A program made the translations under genes and the position numbers. Below are positions 19,939 to 29,408 of a DNA stretch of 64,000 nucleotides, one piece after another. This DNA is from Candidatus Latescibacterota bacterium. Its GTDB lineage: Bacteria; Latescibacterota; UBA2968. The notes under the pieces were generated by a model, which ran no database searches, had not been told where the DNA came from, and was given only the letters and a program-made list of their open reading frames with translations. The stretch covers positions 2,720,001-2,784,000 of the forward strand of contig OZ241986.1 of assembly GCA_965204375.1 (NCBI GenBank), given 5' to 3'. Every line of letters begins with the position of its first letter. The stretch's first letter is position 1.

Positions 19939-21267
19939 ATGATTAAACGCCATAACATCTTTACCTTGCTCATCGGCCTGGCATTGTTGCTGGCCTTGCC
20001 CAACATCGCGCTTGCCGACGCACATGAACCCAACTCAGGCGATACAGCCTGGATGCTTACTTCAACTGCCCTGGTGCTATTTATGACCATCCCCGGCCTC
20101 GCCCTCTTTTACGGCGGCCTCGTACGCACCAAAAATGTTTTGTCTGTTCTCATGCAGTGTTTCGCCCTCACCGCCATCATGACCCTGGTCTGGGTCATCA
20201 TCGGCTATAGCCTCGCCTTCAACACCGATGGCATGGAAGCCGGTACCACCAACATAAATTCCTTTGTCGGCGGTTTAGGCACCATGTTCTTATCCGGTGT
20301 AACCGCCAGCAGCCTGTCTGGCACCATTCCCGAAACAGTTTTCATCACCTTCCAGATGACCTTTGCCATTATCACCCCGGCCCTCATCGTCGGGGCTTTT
20401 GCAGAGCGCATGAAATTCTCGGCCATGATCCTGTTCTCAATCCTCTGGTCCATGGTAGTCTATGCACCTATCTGCCACATGGCCTGGAGTGGCGACGGTT
20501 CCTTCTTTGGCGACATGGGCGTACTCGACTTTGCAGGCGGCACGGTTGTACACATCAACGCGGGTATTGCAGCACTCGTTGCATGTATTGTCATTGGCAA
20601 ACGCCAGGGCTATCCCGACACGCTCATGGCTCCTCACAGCCTGACAATCACCGTTATAGGCGCGTCCATGCTGTGGGTCGGCTGGTTCGGCTTTAATGCC
20701 GGAAGTGCTGTCGCTGCCGACGGAGCCGCAGGTATGGCCATGCTCGTCACACAGGTAGCCACTGCATCTGCAACACTGGGCTGGATCGCAGCCGAATGGA
20801 TCAAACTCGGCAAACCCAGTATTCTGGGTGCAGTCACAGGCGCTGTTGCCGGTCTCGTCGCCATCACCCCCGCTTCGGGCAGTGTAGGACCAATGGGTGC
20901 AATAGTCGTTGGTCTGGCATCTGGTGTCCTCTGCTTCTGGGCCGCCACCAGCCTCAAGCGCGCATTGGGTTATGACGACTCCCTCGATGCTTTCGGTGTT
21001 CACGGCATAGGCGGTATTGTAGGTGCGCTCCTCACGGGCATCTTTGCCGCTGAAAGCCTCGGTGGACAAGGACTCAGTGCCGATTCTATCGGCGGACAAT
21101 TCGTCGTACAGCTCATCGGCGTCGTCTTCACCATCGTCTATTGCGGTGTCTTATCCTTCATCTTGCTCAAAATCGTCGATGCCATTGTTGGCCTACGCGT
21201 CTCGCAAGACGAAGAAACCGAAGGACTCGATATCTCGCTCCACGACGAACGCGGCTACAATTATTAA
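19939..21267 (+). CDS. amtB: Ammonium transporter (copy 1)
   Basis: FQMTFAIIT, DFAGGTVVH, WFGFNAGS and DDSLDAFGVHG. Confidence 0.96.
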   Translation: MIKRHNIFTLLIGLALLLALPNIALADAHEPNSGDTAWMLTSTALVLFMTIPGLALFYGGLVRTKNVLSVLMQCFALTAIMTLVWVIIGYSLAFNTDGMEAGTTNINSFVGGLGTMFLSGVTASSLSGTIPETVFITFQMTFAIITPALIVGAFAERMKFSAMILFSILWSMVVYAPICHMAWSGDGSFFGDMGVLDFAGGTVVHINAGIAALVACIVIGKRQGYPDTLMAPHSLTITVIGASMLWVGWFGFNAGSAVAADGAAGMAMLVTQVATASATLGWIAAEWIKLGKPSILGAVTGAVAGLVAITPASGSVGPMGAIVVGLASGVLCFWAATSLKRALGYDDSLDAFGVHGIGGIVGALLTGIFAAESLGGQGLSADSIGGQFVVQLIGVVFTIVYCGVLSFILLKIVDAIVGLRVSQDEETEGLDISLHDERGYNY

Positions 21268-21284
21268 AAACTCTTAGCCAAACC

Positions 21285-21318
21285 AAAAGAGCGGGCACGA
21301 TGTGTCCGCTCTTTTTTT
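21285..21318 (+). terminator. Intrinsic terminator after amtB copy 1
   Basis: AAAAGAGCGGGCAC-GAT-GTGTCCGCTCTTTTTTT. Confidence 0.85.
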
Positions 21319-21328
21319 ATTTTTTTAG

Positions 21329-21349
21329 CGCACTTCTTGAAGAAGTGCG
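21329..21349. promoter_or_regulatory. Perfect 21-bp palindrome upstream of the glnK2 promoter (operator or second terminator)
   Basis: CGCACTTCTT-G-AAGAAGTGCG, with TATAAT at 21381. Confidence 0.5.
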
Positions 21350-21451
21350 TTTTTTTCTTTCTATTTCAAAAATCGGGTTTTATAATACACGACCTCGTAA
21401 ATGGATCGAAAAGCGATCCCGACCACACACCTTATAAAGAAGGAGTTTAGA

Positions 21452-21790
21452 ATGAAACTCATCACAGCAGTCATCCAGCCCCACAAGCTGGACGATGTGC
21501 GCGCAGCACTCGGCGACATCGGCATCCAGGGCATGACCGTCACCGAAGCACGCGGCTTTGGACGCCAAAGAGGACACCGAGAGGTCTATCGCGGAGCCGA
21601 ATACATCGTCGATTTTCTGCCCAAAGCCAAGCTGGAGATCGCCGTCAATGACGATGAAGTAGATCGCGCCATTGATGCGATAGAGCATGCAGCTAAAACC
21701 GGCAACGTAGGTGATGGGAAAATTTTTGTCACAGACTTGGGACAAGCTGTTCGCATTCGAACGGGCGAAACCGGACCCGACGCACTTTAG
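21452..21790 (+). CDS. glnK: PII nitrogen regulatory protein (copy 2)
   Basis: Differs from copy 1 at 4 of 112 aa. RBS AAGGAG. Confidence 0.96.
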   Translation: MKLITAVIQPHKLDDVRAALGDIGIQGMTVTEARGFGRQRGHREVYRGAEYIVDFLPKAKLEIAVNDDEVDRAIDAIEHAAKTGNVGDGKIFVTDLGQAVRIRTGETGPDAL

Positions 21791-21826
21791 AACCACAAAA
21801 TGAAAAACTCTGGAGGGAACACAAAT

Positions 21827-23152
21827 ATGAAACGCCACATACCCATCTTTGCAAGCCTCATGCTCGTCTTAGGACTGCCAGACCTCGCGCTTGCCGACGC
21901 ACACGAACAACTCAACGGCAGTGACACAGCCTGGCTACTCACCTCAACTGCCCTGGTGCTATTTATGACCATCCCCGGCCTCGCCCTCTTTTACGGCGGC
22001 CTCGTACGCGCCAAAAATGTACTCTCCGTCCTCATGCAGTGTTTCGCACTCACCGCAATATTGAGCGTCGTCTGGGTCATCATCGGCTATAGCCTTGCCT
22101 TCAATACCAATGGCATGACAGCAGGTACCACGAATTTCAACTCCTTCATCGGTGGCCTGGGCACTGCGTTCTTATCCGGTGTGACAGCCGATAGCCTATC
22201 TGGCACCATTCCAGAAACGGTCTTCATCACCTTTCAAATGACCTTCTTCATCATCACACCTGCGCTCATTGTCGGGGCTTTTGCCGAACGCATGAAATTT
22301 TCAGCCGTACTCTTATTCTCTGTACTCTGGGGCATTTTTGTTTACGCGCCCATCTGCCACATGACATGGGGTGGTGACGGTTCCCTCTTTGGCGACATGG
22401 GCGTGCTCGACTTTGCAGGTGGACTCGTCGTACACATCAACGCGGGTATCGCAGCACTGGTCGCGTGCATTGTCATTGGCAAACGCCAGGGCTATCCCGA
22501 CGCACAAATTTTGCCACACAGCCTCAGCCTTACAGTCGTTGGCGCGTCCATGCTGTGGGTTGGTTGGTTCGGCTTTAATGCCGGAAGTGCTGTCGCTGCC
22601 GACGGAGCCGCAGGAATGGCCATGCTCGTCACGCAGATATCTGCTGCAGTCGCCACCTCCACCTGGATGTTTATCGAATGGATCAAAAACGGCAAACCCA
22701 GTATTTTAGGTGCTGTCACGGGCACCATTGCCGGATTGGGTGCCATTACACCAGCTTCGGGCAGCGTAGGCCCCCTGGGCGCAATTGTCATCGGCCTTGC
22801 TGCCGGTGCGATTTGCTTTTGGGCATCCACCACACTCAAACGCAAGTTGGGCTATGACGACTCCCTCGACGTCTTCGGCGTTCACGGCGTGGGCGGCATT
22901 ATTGGCACCCTGCTATGTGGTATTTTTGTCGTCAAAAGTCTGGGCGGTCAGGGATTGGCCGAAGGCATGACCATGGGCAGTCAATTCACCGCGCAACTGA
23001 CAGCGGTCATTATCACCATCGTCTATTGCGGCGTAGTATCCTTCATCCTGCTCAAAATCGTTGACGCCGCCGTTGGCCTGCGCGTCTCGCAAGAAGAAGA
23101 AACCGGAGGACTCGATATTGCCCTCCACGACGAACGCGGCTACAATTATTAA
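21827..23152 (+). CDS. amtB: Ammonium transporter (copy 2)
   Basis: FQMTFFIIT, DFAGGLVVH, WFGFNAGS and DDSLDVFGVHG. RBS GGAGGG. Confidence 0.96.
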   Translation: MKRHIPIFASLMLVLGLPDLALADAHEQLNGSDTAWLLTSTALVLFMTIPGLALFYGGLVRAKNVLSVLMQCFALTAILSVVWVIIGYSLAFNTNGMTAGTTNFNSFIGGLGTAFLSGVTADSLSGTIPETVFITFQMTFFIITPALIVGAFAERMKFSAVLLFSVLWGIFVYAPICHMTWGGDGSLFGDMGVLDFAGGLVVHINAGIAALVACIVIGKRQGYPDAQILPHSLSLTVVGASMLWVGWFGFNAGSAVAADGAAGMAMLVTQISAAVATSTWMFIEWIKNGKPSILGAVTGTIAGLGAITPASGSVGPLGAIVIGLAAGAICFWASTTLKRKLGYDDSLDVFGVHGVGGIIGTLLCGIFVVKSLGGQGLAEGMTMGSQFTAQLTAVIITIVYCGVVSFILLKIVDAAVGLRVSQEEETGGLDIALHDERGYNY

Positions 23153-23171
23153 CCTGCTTGACAAATCAGAC

Positions 23172-23204
23172 AAAAAAAGCGGGCACATTGTACCCGCTTT
23201 TTTT
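23172..23204 (+). terminator. Intrinsic terminator after amtB copy 2
   Basis: AAAAAAAGCGGGCACATTGTACCCGCTTTTTT, similar to the copy-1 terminator. Confidence 0.85.
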
Positions 23205-23279
23205 ATTGTTGCAATTATTTTCCAGACACCTTTATTTCTCACCGACAACCGTCACAATCCACTACAGAAAGGAACAAAG

Positions 23280-24239
23280 ATGAAAATTGTTTTACACCCC
23301 CCTGTCGATGAAGACCTTTGCCAACAAGTGCGAGACACAGCCCCCAACGCCGAAGTTGTCATGGCAGATAATCACAATGTCATCGAGGCCATCGCAGATG
23401 CCGAAATTATATTTGGAAATTTTTCGTCTGAAATTGTCAGTGCAGCCCCCAATCTCAAATGGATTCAATCCACGAGTGCCGGCATGGACAAAGCACTGAT
23501 CCCCGAAGTCGCCAACAGCGACATCACAATATGCAATGCCAGCGGCGTCCATGCCGTTCAGGTCGCCGAACACGCCTGGGCACTCACCACTGCCCTCACG
23601 CGCGGGCTACACGTTTCTTTTCGCCATCAACTCGACCATGCCTGGACGCGCCCTCCACTCGCCGACTTATTGGAAGCCACTATTCTCATCGTCGGATTTG
23701 GCGGCATTGGTCAATACTATGCACAACTCGCCCAGGGCTATGACGCGCGTCTGATTGCGCTGGATATCCAGGGCGGTGACAAACCCGATTACGTCGAAGC
23801 GATCTGGGACATGGATCGTCTGGATGAAGGTCTGCAAATAGCCGATGTCGTATTTATCGCCGTGCCGTACACACCCGAAACCGAAAAACTCATCAATGCC
23901 CGCACCCTGAGCCTGATGAAAAAAACCGCCTTTCTGGTCAACACCGCACGCGGTCCCATCGTCGATGAAGCCGCTTTGGCAGAGGGCCTCAAAAACGGCG
24001 AAATCGCCGGTGCTGGCCTGGACGTATTTGAAAAAGAACCCCTGTCTCCCGACAGCCCACTCTGGGACATGGAAAATGTCATTATCACCCCACATGCAGC
24101 TGGCGGGTCTCCCAATCGACACAACCGAACCGTCGGCTTCTTCTGCCAAAACCTGAAACGCTATCAGGCGGGCGAACCGCTCTTTAACGAAGTCGATAAA
24201 TCCCTCGGATATCCAAAACGGGAACGGCGCGTCACATGA
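23280..24239 (+). CDS. D-2-hydroxyacid dehydrogenase
   Basis: Motifs GFGGIG, NTARG, LDVFEKEP and ITPH. Confidence 0.92.
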   Translation: MKIVLHPPVDEDLCQQVRDTAPNAEVVMADNHNVIEAIADAEIIFGNFSSEIVSAAPNLKWIQSTSAGMDKALIPEVANSDITICNASGVHAVQVAEHAWALTTALTRGLHVSFRHQLDHAWTRPPLADLLEATILIVGFGGIGQYYAQLAQGYDARLIALDIQGGDKPDYVEAIWDMDRLDEGLQIADVVFIAVPYTPETEKLINARTLSLMKKTAFLVNTARGPIVDEAALAEGLKNGEIAGAGLDVFEKEPLSPDSPLWDMENVIITPHAAGGSPNRHNRTVGFFCQNLKRYQAGEPLFNEVDKSLGYPKRERRVT

Positions 24240-24251
24240 GAAGGAAATTGA

Positions 24252-27032
24252 ATGCGCCTATCGTGGAATGAAATTCGCATCCGTGCGGCCCAGTTTGCCC
24301 AAGACTGGAAAGATGCTGGCTACGAGAAGGGTGAGACACAGAGCTTTTACAACGAGTTTTTCGACATTTTCGACGTAAAGCGGCGTACGGTTGCCCGCTA
24401 CGAGGAGCACGTCCAGCGATTGGATAACTCTCGCGGCTTTATCGACCTGTTTTGGCCGGGGGTGTTGCTCGTTGAGCAGAAGAGCGCGGGGGTCAATCTG
24501 GCGGCGGCTCGCAAGCAGGCGGGCACCTATTTCGACGCTCTGCCAGAGCGTGACCGTCCGCGCTATCAGTTGCTCTGCGACTTTCAGACCTTTGAGCTGC
24601 TTGATCGAGACGAGCGAGAGGAAGTCTCTTTCGCCCTCGCCGATTTGCCCCAACACGTCGAAAAGTTCGGTTTTATCCTCGGCGTCCAAAAGCGCACCTT
24701 CCGCGACCAGGATCCGGTCAATATCGAAGCATCCGAGCGCGTAGGTCAACTTCACGACGCGCTGGCCGCTTCCGGCTATACGGGCCACGATCTCGAACAG
24801 TTCCTCGTCCGCATCGTTTTCTGCCTGTTCGCCGATGATACCGGCATCTTTGAGCCACGCGACATTTTCTTCGACTTTTTAGAGAACCGCACGCAAAAAG
24901 ATGGATCAGACCTCGGCGGCTGGCTGGCGCAATTGTTCCAGATACTCAACACGCCTGAAGACCGTCGCCCGACCACTCTGGACGAAGACCTCAACCTTTT
25001 TCCATACATCAATGGCGACCTATTCCGCGACCCACTGCTCATTCCGTCGTTTGATTCCGAGATGCGCCAGCGTCTAATTGATGCCTGCACCTTTGATTGG
25101 TCAAGTATTTCGCCAGCGATCTTCGGTTCGCTCTTTCAATCCGTCATGGACAAGGACGAGCGCAGGGCACAGGGAGCGCATTACACCACCGAAAAGAACA
25201 TCCTCAAGGTCATTGAACCGCTGTTTCTCGATGCTTTGCGTGCTGAGTTCCACCACCTCAAGTCTCGTCGTGACAGTCGGCGCATCCCCGAAATGATTGC
25301 CTTTCAGCAACGGCTCGGGGAGTTGCGCTTTCTCGATCCGGCCTGCGGTTGCGGCAATTTTCTGATCATTGCCTACCGCGAATTGCGGGCGTTGGAAATT
25401 GAGGTGCTCAAGGAGATTCGTCCACGCGGACAACTCGATGCTCTGGCAGAGTTGCTTTCTGTCGTGGATGTGGATCAGTTCTACGGTATTGAGTTGGGAG
25501 AATTTCCCGCGCACATTGCCGAGGTCGCACTGTGGATGATGGATCACCTGATGAACAATCGTCTAAGCCTGGAGTTCGGCCAGACTTATGCACGTATTCC
25601 GCTGGAAAAATCGCCGCATATTTGGCACGGAGACGCGCTGGAGACCGATTGGAACGACCTTCTCCCGTCCGGCGAATGTTCTTATGTACTGGGTAATCCG
25701 CCGTTTGTGGGTGCAAAATTCCAATCCCCAGCGCAACGCGAACAGGTAAGCCACATCGCTGCGTTGGGCAAAGGCAGGGGCACTCTCGATTACGTCACTG
25801 CTTGGTTTATCAAGGCTGGTGAATACGTGCAACAGGGCGCGGCACAGATCGGTTTTGTAGCGACCAATTCCATCACGCAAGGCGAACAAGTGGCGCAACT
25901 CTGGCCGATCCTATTTGACCGATATAAGCTGGACATCGCCTTCGCGCACCGCACCTTTGCCTGGGGATCGGACGCCCGCGGTATGGCGCATGTTCATGTC
26001 ATCATTATCGGACTGACTAAACGGGATGATGCGCCGCGAGAGAACCGTTTATTTTCCTACGACCATCCCAAAGGCGAGCCGCACGAGAGCCGCCACGCAG
26101 CCCTTTCGCCCTACCTGTTCGACGCGGGCGGCCTCGCCAATCCGCGCATCGTGGTAAAATCAGAACACCGACCAATTAACAGACTGCCGAGATTGATCAC
26201 TGGAACTCAACCTCTTGAAAGAGGGTTTTTGGTTTTTAATCGACACGAGCGCGATCAATTTCTATCTGTCGAACCGGAGGCGCAGAATTTCTTTCGTCTA
26301 TTTCTCGGATCTTATGAGTTCATCAATGGCATCGAACGCTGGATTTTGCATACTCAGGATATAGAACCAAAAGATCTGAGGCAGTTGCCAGAAATAGTAA
26401 AACGACTGCGGTCCGTATCTGAATTTCGTGGATCAAGTAAACGCACTACAACATTGGCGTTATCAAAGTATCCTTCCCTGTATGGTGTAACCGTTTTGCC
26501 AGATAGTCCATTTTTGGTCTGTCCACAAGTAAGTTCCGAGCGGCGCGAATACATCCCAATAGGATGGTTACAACCGCCAACTATTCCGAGTGAGAAGTTG
26601 CGGGTGCTTTTAAATGCAGACCTATGGCATTTCGCCCTGCTCACCTCCGCTATGCACATGGCGTGGATGCGGACGGTCACGGGGCGTCTGAAAAGCGACT
26701 ACATGTATTCTGTCGGCGTAGTGTACAACACCTTCCCCCTCCCCCCTGTCCCCGCAGAACGACTACAACGTCTCACGCCCTACGCCGAAGCCGTGCTCTC
26801 CACCCGCGCCGCCCATCCCGACGCCACCCTCGCCGACCTCTACGATCCCGACTTCATGCCAGTTAATCTCCGCAAGGCACACCAGGCCCTTGACCGTGCA
26901 GTTGATCACCTGTACCGCCGTTCTCCATTTTCCACTGACCGTGAACGTGTCGAACACCTGCTTGTCTTATACGAAAAAATGATCACCCCCCTCTCCGCTC
27001 CAAAACCAAAGCGAAGACGAAGGCGACCATAG
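24252..27032 (+). CDS. MmeI-like type IIL restriction-modification enzyme (nuclease + N6-adenine MTase + TRD)
   Basis: N-terminal FIDLFWPGVLLVEQKS (PD-ExK), GAHYT, FLDPACGCGNF, GNPPF and the MmeI-type C-terminus YNTFP...TLADLYDP. Confidence 0.9.
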   Translation: MRLSWNEIRIRAAQFAQDWKDAGYEKGETQSFYNEFFDIFDVKRRTVARYEEHVQRLDNSRGFIDLFWPGVLLVEQKSAGVNLAAARKQAGTYFDALPERDRPRYQLLCDFQTFELLDRDEREEVSFALADLPQHVEKFGFILGVQKRTFRDQDPVNIEASERVGQLHDALAASGYTGHDLEQFLVRIVFCLFADDTGIFEPRDIFFDFLENRTQKDGSDLGGWLAQLFQILNTPEDRRPTTLDEDLNLFPYINGDLFRDPLLIPSFDSEMRQRLIDACTFDWSSISPAIFGSLFQSVMDKDERRAQGAHYTTEKNILKVIEPLFLDALRAEFHHLKSRRDSRRIPEMIAFQQRLGELRFLDPACGCGNFLIIAYRELRALEIEVLKEIRPRGQLDALAELLSVVDVDQFYGIELGEFPAHIAEVALWMMDHLMNNRLSLEFGQTYARIPLEKSPHIWHGDALETDWNDLLPSGECSYVLGNPPFVGAKFQSPAQREQVSHIAALGKGRGTLDYVTAWFIKAGEYVQQGAAQIGFVATNSITQGEQVAQLWPILFDRYKLDIAFAHRTFAWGSDARGMAHVHVIIIGLTKRDDAPRENRLFSYDHPKGEPHESRHAALSPYLFDAGGLANPRIVVKSEHRPINRLPRLITGTQPLERGFLVFNRHERDQFLSVEPEAQNFFRLFLGSYEFINGIERWILHTQDIEPKDLRQLPEIVKRLRSVSEFRGSSKRTTTLALSKYPSLYGVTVLPDSPFLVCPQVSSERREYIPIGWLQPPTIPSEKLRVLLNADLWHFALLTSAMHMAWMRTVTGRLKSDYMYSVGVVYNTFPLPPVPAERLQRLTPYAEAVLSTRAAHPDATLADLYDPDFMPVNLRKAHQALDRAVDHLYRRSPFSTDRERVEHLLVLYEKMITPLSAPKPKRRRRRP

Positions 27033-27182
27033 ACCCAAAGCGATACAGGATTACATCAGGTGTCCAAGAAAAGGCTGTTTTGTATATTGTTTTCTTCAGG
27101 TCATTTTTATATTTTGTGAACGTGATATGCCATGTGTGAGAACGGGGAATGTCGTAAATACTTCGACTGAAAGGACTGTATA

Positions 27183-28292
27183 ATGGCTGACCAGACTGTT
27201 CAGAAAAAAAATGAAGAAGAGGAAATTGAGGGCTTTGATGACAAAGAGGATGCGGCGTGGAAAGACTATCCAATAGACACGCTGCTGATTCGAAACGAAA
27301 GTCGCACGGTTTTCGATGTTCTGAGAAGGGTCAATCAAGGCAATTACATCATGGACCCGGAATTTCAAAGAGACTTTATCTGGTCTGAAGACAAACAGAG
27401 CAAACTCATTGAATCTGTACTGATGCGGATTCCCCTCCCGGTTTTCTATTTGGCTGAGGACGATCAAGGGCGTATGGTGGTCGTAGATGGATTGCAACGC
27501 CTTTCGACATTCAAGCGTTTTGTCGATGGCGAGTTGCGCTTGTCGCTTCCGGGCCAGGATGAACTGAACAACAAGCGATTCACCGACCTATCGCCCAAGC
27601 TCCAGAACCGAGTTGAAGACTGCAATCTGATCTTCTATATCATGGATGCCAAGGTACCGGATCGAGCACGTCTGGATATATTCGAGCGCGTAAATGGCGG
27701 GGTTCCTCTTACCCGGCAGCAAATGCGCAATAGCTTGTACATGGGCGAGGCGACCCGTTTTCTCAAGACCGAGGCACGTACAGATATTTTTTTAAACGCC
27801 ACAGGACGTAGCCTGAATAAGGATACGATGCGAGATCGAGAGTTTGTCAACCGATTTTGTGCTTTCCAACTTCTCGACCTTGATGAATACAAGGGAAATA
27901 TGGACGATTTTCTCGCACAAGTACTAAAAAAAATGAACCGTCTGACAGAGAAAGACCTATCGTGTCTATCGATGAAATTTCGGAGGGGTCTTGCAAACAG
28001 TCACAAAATTTTCGGCATACATGCTTTCAGAAAGCACAGTAGGGGACAGGAAAAACGCGGTGTACTCAATGCTTCGCTTTGGGATGTGATGTCAACCGGT
28101 TTGTCGCGCTACCCGGAAAACGAGGTAAAATCCCGTGTGGAGGTTCTCAAAAATAAGTTTTATCCCTTAATGGACGATGAGGAGTTCGTCGCATCCATCA
28201 CTTATGGCCCCAGTAGCACGGGAAAAGTTAGACGCCGGTTTCGCATTGCCAGCGCGATGTTCGAGGAGGTATTTGGTGCTTACACAACTTGA
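27183..28292 (+). CDS. DUF262 (ParB-like/GmrS) protein, Menshen NsnA-like
   Basis: Motifs PEFQRDFIW, LIESVL, VVDGLQRL and IFERVN. Confidence 0.88.
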   Translation: MADQTVQKKNEEEEIEGFDDKEDAAWKDYPIDTLLIRNESRTVFDVLRRVNQGNYIMDPEFQRDFIWSEDKQSKLIESVLMRIPLPVFYLAEDDQGRMVVVDGLQRLSTFKRFVDGELRLSLPGQDELNNKRFTDLSPKLQNRVEDCNLIFYIMDAKVPDRARLDIFERVNGGVPLTRQQMRNSLYMGEATRFLKTEARTDIFLNATGRSLNKDTMRDREFVNRFCAFQLLDLDEYKGNMDDFLAQVLKKMNRLTEKDLSCLSMKFRRGLANSHKIFGIHAFRKHSRGQEKRGVLNASLWDVMSTGLSRYPENEVKSRVEVLKNKFYPLMDDEEFVASITYGPSSTGKVRRRFRIASAMFEEVFGAYTT

Positions 28293-29406
28293 TTTGCAGC
28301 ATTTCAAGTGTTTTGAATTGCTTCATCTTCCTTTGCATCCAATGACATTATTATCGGGTACCAATGCCTCGGGAAAATCCTCGGTGCTTCAAGCTCTTGT
28401 CTTGCTGCATCAGACAATGCGTGAACACGAATGGTCACTACGCCTCATGCTAAACGGCAAGTCTGTCCAACTTGGCACTGTATCTGATATCGTGGATAAA
28501 GTATATGGTCGGCGAGAATTTGAAATCGGCCTGATAGATGGGGAGATTCCATATCAGTGGATGTTTACAGGCGAGCGTTTGGAGATGTCCATGGCAGTCA
28601 AGCGGGTGGTTGCCAACGGCATCTCAATAGACGATCCCTCTCAACTTCGTTACCTACTTTCACCAGATGAAGCACCATCTCTATCCGAGCGTCTGAAGAA
28701 TCTCACCTATCTCACGGCAGAGAGAATTGGTCCACGAGAAACTTACAACGTTGACGATTCGCAGGTTGCGCCAGTGGTGGGGCCATCTGGAGAAGATGCC
28801 GCGAGTGTGTTGTATGCCAAGCGCGACGAACACGTCTGTGAGGCACTCGCATTGCCGGATGCTTCAAGTAGAAACTTGCTGCAACAAGTGGAGGCGAGGA
28901 TACGGACTTTCTTCCCCGGATGCCGTTTGAATATACAAAAGGTTAAGGATGCGAATACCGTTACGCTGGGACTTCGCACATCCGACGATACAGACTTCCA
29001 CCGCCCCGTTCATGCGGGGTTTGGCATTACACAGGTTCTACCTATTGTTATCGCTGCGCTCGCCGCGAAACCTGAAGATCTTCTACTGATAGAAAATCCG
29101 GAAGTTCATCTCCATCCAGCCGCACAGGTACAGATGGGACAGTTTCTTGCAAAGGTCACGCATTCAGGCATCCAAGTCATTCTGGAAACACACAGCGATC
29201 ATATACTGAATGGTGCCCGGCGTGCTGTCAGGTCGGGCGTTCTATCAGCCGATCAAGTTTCGATTCACTTCTTTCGACCAAGGTCGGGCGATGATGCACA
29301 GGTTGTAAGTCCCATTCTGGATAACACTGGTAATATTGATGTTTGGCCGGACGGATTTTTCGATCAGTTCGACAAGGATATAAACCATTTTGCGGGATGG
29401 GATTAG
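28276..29406 (+). CDS. AAA/ABC-type ATPase with DUF3696, Menshen NsnB-like
   Basis: Walker A GTNASGKS, GFGITQVLP, IENPEVHLHP, ETHSDH and C-terminal WPDGFFDQ. GTG start follows GAGGAGG. Confidence 0.88.
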   Translation: MLTQLDLQHFKCFELLHLPLHPMTLLSGTNASGKSSVLQALVLLHQTMREHEWSLRLMLNGKSVQLGTVSDIVDKVYGRREFEIGLIDGEIPYQWMFTGERLEMSMAVKRVVANGISIDDPSQLRYLLSPDEAPSLSERLKNLTYLTAERIGPRETYNVDDSQVAPVVGPSGEDAASVLYAKRDEHVCEALALPDASSRNLLQQVEARIRTFFPGCRLNIQKVKDANTVTLGLRTSDDTDFHRPVHAGFGITQVLPIVIAALAAKPEDLLLIENPEVHLHPAAQVQMGQFLAKVTHSGIQVILETHSDHILNGARRAVRSGVLSADQVSIHFFRPRSGDDAQVVSPILDNTGNIDVWPDGFFDQFDKDINHFAGWD

Positions 29407-29408
29407 CG

